Part shown: positions 35,786 through 43,457 of the stretch, piece by piece
How positions within the stretch are numbered: the first letter of the stretch is position 1
Layout: every line of letters begins with the position of its first letter
Assembly: GCA_001821395.1 (NCBI GenBank)
Contig: MHLM01000001.1
Location: forward strand, 138,840-202,839
DNA: 64,000 bases
Reading direction: 5' to 3'
From: Candidatus Lloydbacteria bacterium RIFCSPHIGHO2_02_FULL_50_18
Lineage (GTDB): Bacteria; Patescibacteriota; Minisyncoccia; Phycocordibacterales; UBA6899
The notes under the pieces: model-generated
What the model was told of the DNA's origin: nothing
Database searches by the model: none
The model's input: only the letters and a program-made list of their open reading frames with translations
Made by a program: the position numbers and the translations under genes

Positions 35786-37408
35786 ATGAGTTTATGGAAA
35801 AAAGCAGGCTACGGCCTTTTGGGAATTTCGGCCATTCTCGGTCGAAGGACCCTCTCGTCCGCATACGACCGCCAGATCGAGGGCATTACCGACGCGCATA
35901 TCAAATATGTCGGCGGCGCAATGCTCTTCGGAGTTTGCGGTCTCGTGCTTAACTTCATCTTTTTGATGAATGGGATGCACGGCATGCAAACAGCGCTCTT
36001 CGGAGTTATCTGTCTTGCGTCACTGTATTACATGATCGCGCCAAAAATGAGCATTCCGCTCATCATCGCGGCCGCAGCGGTTCATGCCGGAGAGGCGAAA
36101 GATCAAGCGAAGCTCAAACTGCTCGGCGACGGAGTGAAAGACATTGTCAATCTGGCAAGTCTGGCACTCTTTTGGATCGGTGTGTACATCGTCGGAACGA
36201 TCATTGCCCCATGGGACTTGAGTTGGGAATTCTTTCTTTTCCTTCACATGTTCATCATCATGGCACTACTGCTCTTTGTGAGCGGCAAGGCATCGGTCAG
36301 CACGAAAGTGTACGATAATTGCTTCAAGTTCACCATTGCTGTGATCGTTGTCAGCGTACTCACGATCGCAATCGGACGTGAGCACGTAGGACCATTATGG
36401 GCGCAATTCTCCGCAAGCAAAACTTCTCGTATCGAGGCCAAGTTGAACGCAAGTTCGATTAAGACCGCAGACGAAGCGTCAGCCGAGTGGATTGAGAAGA
36501 ATGTTCACATCGATAAGCGGACCGGTGAGCAATTCGTCATCGTTACCGACAAGGTCACCGGCAAACAAAAACCGGTCGCCGCACAGCCCTACATTGAGAG
36601 GGAGAAGCAACGCAGGAACGAAACCATCCGCTCGGTCACGGAAAAAGGCGGAAAGACCAATGCGACAAACACGAGACAGGATAATAAGGGAGGTTACTTC
36701 TCTTATGAATACTGGAACGCAAAAGCGCATGAATGGTCGGAATCCTGGGGGGTACCACTCTTCGTCGGCATCATTGCAGTATTGGCAATGGTCGTGGCAC
36801 ACTTCATTCCCGTCATCTGGGGAGGAAAGAAACTCTTTGGAAAGTCAGGTACTGAAACGGCAAAGGTTGTTAGTACGCCGAAGGAGTCCGGAAACGGACT
36901 TGTTGCCACATTACTCGTTGCGGGTGCTCTCGTGTATATTGGCTTTCAGTATACGCAAGGTGAACGAGGAGCAAAAGCCAATATGGCACCGCAAACAAGC
37001 GTTGCGACATATGCCACACTAAAGAAAGGAGATGCCGGTCTGTGGATGGCCTACTGGAGTGACATGAACGGGCACTCCATTTACAGACTTCCTCAAGATA
37101 GATGGCATGGGCGAACTGTTTCGCTTTTGCCAGGCAGCTCTGTTTCGAATGTGTCCGACATCACGCTTGTTTTTGATCCTAATGATCCAAGTACCAATAT
37201 CTCATTTAACGGAGATTGCGTTGCCGGTAGCTACGATATTCAAAAAGAGTGCGTCGGATACTGGAGAACAGAAGTGGGGTCCGGTACTTTCAGGCTTGAA
37301 TGGTGGGGAAGCCAGGAAACATTCCACATTGCACTGTTTCCGGGACAACTGCCGGCAAAAGGACAGGCACAAGCCATCAAGGAGATACGCTTCGTAAAAA
37401 AACAATGA
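35786..37408 (+). CDS. polytopic membrane protein (about 8 TM, charged central loop and about 150-aa C-terminal extracytoplasmic beta-rich domain). Architecture resembles Gram-positive VirB6-like (TcpH/PrgH-type) proteins.
   Basis: 540 aa. TM clusters at the N-terminus and around residues 310-380. C-terminal domain rich in W/Y/G. Similarity is architectural only. Confidence 0.4.
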   Translation: MSLWKKAGYGLLGISAILGRRTLSSAYDRQIEGITDAHIKYVGGAMLFGVCGLVLNFIFLMNGMHGMQTALFGVICLASLYYMIAPKMSIPLIIAAAAVHAGEAKDQAKLKLLGDGVKDIVNLASLALFWIGVYIVGTIIAPWDLSWEFFLFLHMFIIMALLLFVSGKASVSTKVYDNCFKFTIAVIVVSVLTIAIGREHVGPLWAQFSASKTSRIEAKLNASSIKTADEASAEWIEKNVHIDKRTGEQFVIVTDKVTGKQKPVAAQPYIEREKQRRNETIRSVTEKGGKTNATNTRQDNKGGYFSYEYWNAKAHEWSESWGVPLFVGIIAVLAMVVAHFIPVIWGGKKLFGKSGTETAKVVSTPKESGNGLVATLLVAGALVYIGFQYTQGERGAKANMAPQTSVATYATLKKGDAGLWMAYWSDMNGHSIYRLPQDRWHGRTVSLLPGSSVSNVSDITLVFDPNDPSTNISFNGDCVAGSYDIQKECVGYWRTEVGSGTFRLEWWGSQETFHIALFPGQLPAKGQAQAIKEIRFVKKQ

Positions 37409-37429
37409 ACGTTCTTTTGCTCACAAGAG

Positions 37430-37464
37430 CAAAGACCAAGGCATGATTGCCTTGGTCTTTTTTT
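37430..37464. terminator. bidirectional intrinsic terminator between convergent gene 35786..37408 and the pilin array
   Basis: AAAGACCAAGGCATGATTGCCTTGGTCTTTTTTTT. Confidence 0.65.
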
Positions 37465-37492
37465 TAAAAAACAAAGTATTCAGACCTACGCC

Positions 37493-37849
37493 CTAAATAG
37501 GAACAGTTGTTTGAATAGTAGGCGCGGTACCCAGTCCGCCGAGCGGTGCAAGTCCCAATTCTGTTTGGATGAATCCGATGATCGACCAGAGCGCTACAAT
37601 CACAAAAATACCCACCATGCCCCATACGAGAAACATCCTCCCCTCCTGCACCGCCTTCTCATCATCGGCATGCCAAATGAATTTTACGACACCCCAAAAA
37701 AATACCGCAACCGCACAACCCAACAGTACGGGCATGATGGTCTGCATGAGATTAATGAGATCATCCATGATGGTGATCACCGACGTCTGAGCAAGTGCAA
37801 ATGTTGGTAAGAAAAAAAACGTACCGAGAATAAAAGATCGTTTAGACAT
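37493..37849 (-). CDS. VirB2/TrbC-like pilin paralog 1 (subfamily B)
   Basis: Sec signal peptide (FALAQTSV). Two-helix hairpin with FFWGVVKFIWHADDEKAVQEGR loop motif. Confidence 0.6.
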   Translation of the reverse strand: MSKRSFILGTFFFLPTFALAQTSVITIMDDLINLMQTIMPVLLGCAVAVFFWGVVKFIWHADDEKAVQEGRMFLVWGMVGIFVIVALWSIIGFIQTELGLAPLGGLGTAPTIQTTVPI

Positions 37850-38162
37850 AATTCATCAGCGTCATATCGCCGCCTATTGAGCTAATAAGGAATCGCATGA
37901 TACCAAACACGGCAACCATGATGAACATGCCAATGATACCCCATATCATACCGAGACGCCCCTTATCGCGCATCTCCGCATTATCCGGATTCCAGATATA
38001 CGCGACCACTCCGTAGATAAAATAGACGGTCGCGAGTGCAAAGAGCAAAGCGATGATAGGATTCAAAATATACGTCGAGATGTTGCCGACGAAAGTGAGC
38101 ACCGATGCGGGAATCGGGGGCGCAGCTGCTTCTGCTACGCTTGGAAAAAAAATGTTTAACAT
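37842..38162 (-). CDS. VirB2/TrbC-like pilin paralog 2 (subfamily B)
   Basis: Start at MLNIFFPSVAEAAAPP (tracker ORF is extended upstream). Motif YFIYGVVAYIWNPDNAEMRDKGR. Confidence 0.55.
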   Translation of the reverse strand: MLNIFFPSVAEAAAPPIPASVLTFVGNISTYILNPIIALLFALATVYFIYGVVAYIWNPDNAEMRDKGRLGMIWGIIGMFIMVAVFGIMRFLISSIGGDMTLMNYV

Positions 38163-38211
38163 GAATAAATTATAGCATCTCAATAAAAATTGACTATCCG
38201 AATGAGCAAAC

Positions 38212-38245
38212 AAAAACCCCCGAGAACATTCTCGGGGGGTTTTTG
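38212..38245. terminator. intrinsic-terminator-like hairpin inside the pilin array (between paralogs 3 and 2)
   Basis: AAAAACCCCCGAGAACATTCTCGGGGGGTTTTTG. Confidence 0.55.
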
Positions 38246-38265
38246 TAATCCTATTTTTATCAGGA

Positions 38266-38622
38266 CTAGACTCCAGGAACAGCAAATGCTGGTGGTGTTG
38301 ACGTGGTTATTGTCCCAGTCAATCCAAGCTGAGTCTGAGCCCAACCAAGAATACCCCAGAGAGCGACCATGACAAAGATCGCAACCATACCCCAGATCAT
38401 AAGCGTCTTACCCTGCTCCTTTGCGGCTTCATCGCTTGCATTAGCGATATATTTGACCAAGCCCCAAAAGAACGCAACGACCGCAAGACCCATGAGTAAT
38501 GGGATCAAAAGCGAGATAATACCCTGAACGCTGTTTACGAGATCGGCGATACCGGTGAGCACGGTTGCTGCAGAAGCAACTGCGGGACCCACAAGCATCA
38601 TTCCGATGATAAATTTCTTCAT
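38266..38622 (-). CDS. VirB2/TrbC-like pilin paralog 3 (subfamily B)
   Basis: Start at MKKFIIGMMLVGPAVASAATV. Motif FFWGLVKYIANASDEAAKEQGK. Confidence 0.6.
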   Translation of the reverse strand: MKKFIIGMMLVGPAVASAATVLTGIADLVNSVQGIISLLIPLLMGLAVVAFFWGLVKYIANASDEAAKEQGKTLMIWGMVAIFVMVALWGILGWAQTQLGLTGTITTSTPPAFAVPGV

Positions 38623-38796
38623 AGATTTGATAATAATTAATAAATACACCGCCAAAACTATAACTTAATGCTATCGCACAAACCGATGTCAAGCAATAGA
38701 AAAAAAAGATACCTGTGGATTACTGTTTCCGTTACCCGGAATCACAAAAATCGACCTCTTCACATGCCTGATGATCATATTTTTGTACGATAAGAG

Positions 38797-39159
38797 CTAA
38801 TGGATGCCGCCAGTCGAATCCACATAATCCGGTGCGCCTCCCGGCATAATCCCAAATGTATCAACAAGAAGAATTCGCACTATTCCCCATACGGAGAAGA
38901 GCACGACGAACGCGATAATCCCCCAAATGATGAATTGCTTTCCTTTTTCACGTTCAACGGGATCGTTCGCATTACCGATAAATTTTACGACGCCCCAGAA
39001 AAAGAACATGATGGCAGCGATCCAGAAAAATTGTCCGGCCTTCACCAAAATATTGTAGACAAGCACCTCGAGGTCAAAGACGTCCGTGACTTGCGCGAAA
39101 ACAAGGGATGGAGTGCCAAGAAGCGTCGCAATACCGAACTGTTTGTTTATTGTTCTCAT
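38797..39159 (-). CDS. VirB2/TrbC-like pilin paralog 4 (subfamily B)
   Basis: Signal peptide (SLVFAQVTD). Motif FFWGVVKFIGNANDPVEREKGK. Confidence 0.6.
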   Translation of the reverse strand: MRTINKQFGIATLLGTPSLVFAQVTDVFDLEVLVYNILVKAGQFFWIAAIMFFFWGVVKFIGNANDPVEREKGKQFIIWGIIAFVVLFSVWGIVRILLVDTFGIMPGGAPDYVDSTGGIH

Positions 39160-39174
39160 GAAAATAAAAAATAA

Positions 39175-39519
39175 TTATGAGGGCGTACTCAAAAAAGGAA
39201 TACCGAACGAACCTCCAAAGAGTGTTGAATTCAAGATACCGATGAGTCCCCACATCCCAAGCACAACCGCGATACCGATGATGGCCCACAGCAGATAGGG
39301 CTTGATCTCTTCGCGCCTTTTCTCATTATCTGAATTCATCATATAGAGCGCGATACCATATACGAGTCCGGCGATAAGCGCGGCAAAGAAAATGGAGATA
39401 ATGTTCTTTAAGACTCCCAAGAGCAACTCGACGAAACTCTTGAAGTCCGTCGGCGTAGTAGCGGCAAAAGTAATAAGGGGGGAACAGAAGACTAGCGTCG
39501 CAAAGATGAATTTTTTCAT
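39175..39519 (-). CDS. VirB2/TrbC-like pilin paralog 5 (subfamily B, divergent)
   Basis: Start at MKKFIFATLVFCSPLITFAATTP. Motif LVYGIALYMMNSDNEKRREEIKP. Confidence 0.55.
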   Translation of the reverse strand: MKKFIFATLVFCSPLITFAATTPTDFKSFVELLLGVLKNIISIFFAALIAGLVYGIALYMMNSDNEKRREEIKPYLLWAIIGIAVVLGMWGLIGILNSTLFGGSFGIPFLSTPS

Positions 39520-39526
39520 ATACATA

Positions 39527-39865
39527 TTAAAATAATATCGCCGTACCATATACCATGTCTGCGATGACTTTTGCACCAAGGATAATGAGCCCGCCAACGA
39601 GTGTCCACGTGAGCCAGATCTTCGCCTTCGTCACCTGCGCTTCATCCCCCCCCGCGGTGACGAACTGAAAACCAGCATAAATAATACAGCACGCGAGCGC
39701 GGGTATGCCGACCAGCTGCATGATCTCGATCAGCCAATAGATAAAATCCTGAAGCGTAAGAATTGAGGGAGCCGGATTTGATAGCAGTGTCCATGATGCA
39801 GCAAGTGAAATTCTTGGTTGCGAGAGGGTGAGTGTGGCGAAAGATACTAAGGCTGTTTTTTTCAT
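39527..39865 (-). CDS. VirB2/TrbC-like pilin paralog 6 (subfamily A; closest to the canonical Gram-positive T4SS pilin motif)
   Basis: IYAGFQFVTAGGDEAQVTKAKIWLTWTLVGGLIILGAKVIA. Confidence 0.6.
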   Translation of the reverse strand: MKKTALVSFATLTLSQPRISLAASWTLLSNPAPSILTLQDFIYWLIEIMQLVGIPALACCIIYAGFQFVTAGGDEAQVTKAKIWLTWTLVGGLIILGAKVIADMVYGTAILF

Positions 39866-39884
39866 AAAGGTATTGGGATTCAGA

Positions 39885-40244
39885 TCACAATGAGCTAATA
39901 GTCGCCTGTATCGCTGCGGCGATCACTTTCGCACCGAGCAGCACGAGTGCCCCCAACAGTGTCCACTTGAAGGTGGTACGAGCCTTCGCAATCTGCGCCT
40001 CATTGTCCCCCGCGGTCACAAAGAGAAATCCGCCATAAATGATGAACATCACAATAATGGGCACTCCGATAAGAAAAACGAGGTCGACGATAGCGAGCAG
40101 GAGATCGGGAATAGAGGTAATCCCACCGTAAGTGATCGGGTTTACATAGCTTGACGAAGCAGCAGACGCCGTATGCGTACCCATTAAAAGTCCGAGCGTT
40201 GTCAGGTTTAATGGTTTTGTTATGTAGTGTTGCATAAGTATCAT
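39885..40244 (-). CDS. VirB2/TrbC-like pilin paralog 7 (subfamily A)
   Basis: IYGGFLFVTAGDNEAQIAKARTTFKWTLLGALVLLGAKVIAAAIQ. Start at MILMQHYITKPLNL chosen. Confidence 0.55.
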   Translation of the reverse strand: MILMQHYITKPLNLTTLGLLMGTHTASAASSSYVNPITYGGITSIPDLLLAIVDLVFLIGVPIIVMFIIYGGFLFVTAGDNEAQIAKARTTFKWTLLGALVLLGAKVIAAAIQATISSL

Positions 40245-40248
40245 GAAT

Positions 40249-40722
40249 TTATGGCCCCAAGAAATTAAATGACGATCCGGTACCAAGGAAGAATTCGAGG
40301 ATGAAATTAACAGTCACCCACGCCGCAAGTGCGATAATGAGTCCCCAGAACACATTCAAGAAAACGTCGTGCGCCTGTTTGACTTGGCCTTCATTGCCAC
40401 GATTGGTCACGTAGAGAAAACCGGCATAGGCGAACATGACCGCACCCAATGGTGCTGCGATCTTGAAAATGAGGAAATTGATCACATTCTGCGCAGTCTC
40501 GATCACGTCGTTAAAATAACATTCCTCATGATTACCCGGGGTGGTAGCATTTGATGCCCAGACCAAGGGGCTCGGATCTTTGACCGCACCGTCTCCATTA
40601 ATGTCAAATCCGCAAGGAATGATCGTTGACGGTGAAGCTGCGAATACAGAGAATGGGGTCACGAGTATCAAAACACCGAGGAATATCGCAGAAACAAATC
40701 GATGAGTGACACTGTTGTGCAT
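40249..40722 (-). CDS. VirB2/TrbC-like pilin paralog 8 (subfamily A, with an extra Cys-containing N-terminal extracellular segment)
   Basis: FAYAGFLYVTNRGNEGQVKQAHDVFLNVFWGLIIALAAWV. Signal peptide VFAASPS. Confidence 0.6.
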   Translation of the reverse strand: MHNSVTHRFVSAIFLGVLILVTPFSVFAASPSTIIPCGFDINGDGAVKDPSPLVWASNATTPGNHEECYFNDVIETAQNVINFLIFKIAAPLGAVMFAYAGFLYVTNRGNEGQVKQAHDVFLNVFWGLIIALAAWVTVNFILEFFLGTGSSFNFLGP

Positions 40723-40737
40723 AGCAATAAGTGAAGT

Positions 40738-42057
40738 TTAGTAGCGAGACAAAGCAACGTCAAGTTCCGTGTTCAATTTTGCAACAGCCGTAGCGGTGTC
40801 ATTCCTCCCTGACGAGACTGATTCGACCATCGCTTGGAATGCTTTGTCGGAAATTTCCGGCTTTGGATCAAGCCAGGTACGTGCACGAATGGCCGCTTCG
40901 AAAAATACCGCCATCGCCGCATCGGTCGGAGGAACCGCGAGCAGGTCTCTTCGAACGGGGGGCAGATTGTACGCCGCAGCAAAGTCTTTTGCGGGATTCG
41001 CATCAAAGAGCAGTTTCTGCATAGCAACAAAGGCGGTGCTTTTATTTTTGGAGGTCTTCAGCACAGCGAGACCATGCACCTTTGCAAATGTTACCTCAGC
41101 CGTCGTTCCTCGCGGTTCCGGAACCTGTGCGACCGCAAAATTCAGGTGTGGATTTTTTGCCTTGATCTCGCTATATGCACTCGCGTAATCGAAATATACC
41201 GCGAGATTTCCGTTGATGAATTCATTGCGCGAATCACTGCGCGCACGACTCCATGTAAAAATATTTTTGAGCGGATTCGAAAAATCCATAAAGAAACGGA
41301 GGGCAGAAACAACATCCTGATCGGCAACAAATTGACCGGCATCGGATTTTGCAACCATGCTCTTGGGTGTTTTCCCATTCATCTTGACGATAGGGTTACC
41401 CACCTGAAGAAAGAGCATCGCAAGAATGTCTTTCGCATGGGTCACATTGACATACTCCCCAAATGAAATTGCGCTCTGAACAAGTTCGGAGGTACGTACG
41501 TCGCGTTTTGTGAATTTGGGGGTAAGCGTCAAGAACTCATCCCAGAACTTGGGCACTTCGGTAACCGATGCATTGGTAAAAATATCTCTGTTCCAATACA
41601 TGACCATCGGGTCGATCGCAAACGGGAGCGCGACCAGCCCCTCATCGCGCATATATATCTCCGATGCCTGAATGAAGCTCGATGAAAAAAGACCCGGTGA
41701 AACAGCAGTGTACGGTACCAGCTCGATCTTATCGAAATGGCGCAGAATGAGATCATCGGGCAAAAGCAGAACATCGGGGCCCGTTCCGCTTGCGAGCGCC
41801 TCAACGATATCACTATCGAAATTTTTCGGATCATGAAATTGATACGAAATACTAAAATTCTTTTTATATATATCGTTAAATTTCTTGATCGTCTCCGAAA
41901 GACCCGCGGTGTCCTGAAAAGTACCCCATATGACGACGTTCCCCTGAGCCCCAGGAACGGTCGTGTCACCCTTTTTAGGATCCGACGTTGCAAACACAAG
42001 AAGACCGACAACGGCCATTATTCCAAAAAAAGTAAGAAGAATCGTCTGAAATTTCAT
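40738..42057 (-). CDS. ABC-type extracellular solute-binding protein (family 1, sugar-type), orphan: no permease or ATPase adjacent
   Basis: 439 aa. N-terminal signal anchor, periplasmic-binding-protein-like composition. Stop is 16 nt upstream of pilin paralog 8. Confidence 0.6.
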   Translation of the reverse strand: MKFQTILLTFFGIMAVVGLLVFATSDPKKGDTTVPGAQGNVVIWGTFQDTAGLSETIKKFNDIYKKNFSISYQFHDPKNFDSDIVEALASGTGPDVLLLPDDLILRHFDKIELVPYTAVSPGLFSSSFIQASEIYMRDEGLVALPFAIDPMVMYWNRDIFTNASVTEVPKFWDEFLTLTPKFTKRDVRTSELVQSAISFGEYVNVTHAKDILAMLFLQVGNPIVKMNGKTPKSMVAKSDAGQFVADQDVVSALRFFMDFSNPLKNIFTWSRARSDSRNEFINGNLAVYFDYASAYSEIKAKNPHLNFAVAQVPEPRGTTAEVTFAKVHGLAVLKTSKNKSTAFVAMQKLLFDANPAKDFAAAYNLPPVRRDLLAVPPTDAAMAVFFEAAIRARTWLDPKPEISDKAFQAMVESVSSGRNDTATAVAKLNTELDVALSRY

Positions 42058-42072
42058 AGGTACAACGTAGCG

Positions 42073-42633
42073 CTATGCCCGCATCTCCGTACTATTCACC
42101 TGATAAAGACCTTTCCGAAATATAAGACCATAATGAAAATTTCCCGCATTGACTGTTTTTTCAAAGGTGAAATTCAGCGATTCAACGAGCTTTCGCGCTT
42201 CTGTTTCAGGAAACACTTGTTCGGTCGTCGGTCCCATATTATTGAAAGACGCCGTCCAGTCGATCAGCATGAGTCTTCCACCCTGCTTGAGTACTCGGCG
42301 TGCCTCATCCAGAACGTTTTTTTTATCGGATGCCTGAAAGAGCACGTTCGAAACAACGACGACATCGCATACCCCATCGCTCAATTTCGTCCCGCCCAAA
42401 AGTTCGACATCTCCCCAGAGAAATGAAACATTGCCGATGTGCTTTTCTTTACAGGTATTTTCGAGGCGCGTAAGCAAGTCCTTTTGCACCTCGATCGCGT
42501 ACACCTTCCCTGTTCCGTGCATGGCTTCTGCCGCAGCGATTGTATATGCACCCGACCCCGCGCCAAAATCTGCAACCACCAAATTATCGGCTAACCCTAA
42601 TTGTTCGATATTCTTCTCCGGTGCTGAAAACAT
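42073..42633 (-). CDS. class I SAM-dependent methyltransferase
   Basis: Motif I VADFGAGSGAYT, motif post-I/II pattern (VVVSNVLF...LKQGGRLMLID). Confidence 0.75.
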   Translation of the reverse strand: MFSAPEKNIEQLGLADNLVVADFGAGSGAYTIAAAEAMHGTGKVYAIEVQKDLLTRLENTCKEKHIGNVSFLWGDVELLGGTKLSDGVCDVVVVSNVLFQASDKKNVLDEARRVLKQGGRLMLIDWTASFNNMGPTTEQVFPETEARKLVESLNFTFEKTVNAGNFHYGLIFRKGLYQVNSTEMRA

Positions 42634-42722
42634 TCGTCAATTATAGCATTTTCTGAAGATATACGGGAAGCGCACAATCCCCACCTACATTGCTCCTGCT
42701 CTTTGGGGGCGTAGAACTTACC

Positions 42723-42977
42723 CTATCGATAGATATCATGAGTACCCACATCAAGATAATAGATGGCATCCTTTTCTTTTTTAATGATCACCCGATAGGT
42801 AAAGTTTGCGGAAAAGGCATACCAAGATCTGAATTTTCCATGAAGTTTGTGAAACTTCAAAGATTCAGCGTCTTTTTCTTTCTCAAATAAAGATACCGCG
42901 CGAAAGACGTCATTTTGCACTTCCTCGTCGCATTTTTTGAGTGAGCGAAGGAAGCGTGCCGTATAGAGATACAGCAT
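42723..42977 (-). CDS. type II toxin, RelE/ParE family
   Basis: 84 aa. Conserved R/K pattern and YRVIIKKEKDAIYYLDVGTHDIYR C-terminus typical of RelE/ParE. Preceded by antitoxin with a 1-nt gap. Confidence 0.7.
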   Translation of the reverse strand: MLYLYTARFLRSLKKCDEEVQNDVFRAVSLFEKEKDAESLKFHKLHGKFRSWYAFSANFTYRVIIKKEKDAIYYLDVGTHDIYR

Positions 42978-42978
42978 A

Positions 42979-43197
42979 TTAGAATTTCTTAAATAATTTC
43001 TTCAGGTCTCCTCTATACACGCGTCCGGCCTTAATGTCCGCCTCTGCTTCGTTGAGACGGCTCAGTGCGCGCTCCTCCTGCAATCGCCCAAGCGCAAAAC
43101 GCACGAGATGTGCTTTCGACTCACTCGTCCCCGCTCGTAACTCTTCTTCAATGAACGACTCCAGCTCTTTGGTGATCGGTACGGTAATTGTTGACAT
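42979..43197 (-). CDS. type II antitoxin (ParD/RelB-like ribbon-helix-helix)
   Basis: 72 aa, MSTITVPITKELESFIEEELRAG..., directly upstream of toxin. Confidence 0.65.
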   Translation of the reverse strand: MSTITVPITKELESFIEEELRAGTSESKAHLVRFALGRLQEERALSRLNEAEADIKAGRVYRGDLKKLFKKF

Positions 43198-43457
43198 GTA
43201 CTATATCCTAGTACTATCTGATAGTACTGTCAATATCACCTTAACTTTACTTTCATTCTTCACCAAACATGAATGAAGCGATCTGTGCGAGGAATTGGAG
43301 AATCTTTATATCGGCCAAATTATCTCAAGCTTGCAGATAGAGATGCAGTGCGAGGCAAAACAGAAATACGCAAGCAAGCCTTACTCAGAGTAAGGTGCAG
43401 CGCATATTTTTGTTTTAACAAAGCAATGCGCTCTATGTGCAAGCTTTTCTCTCCTGC

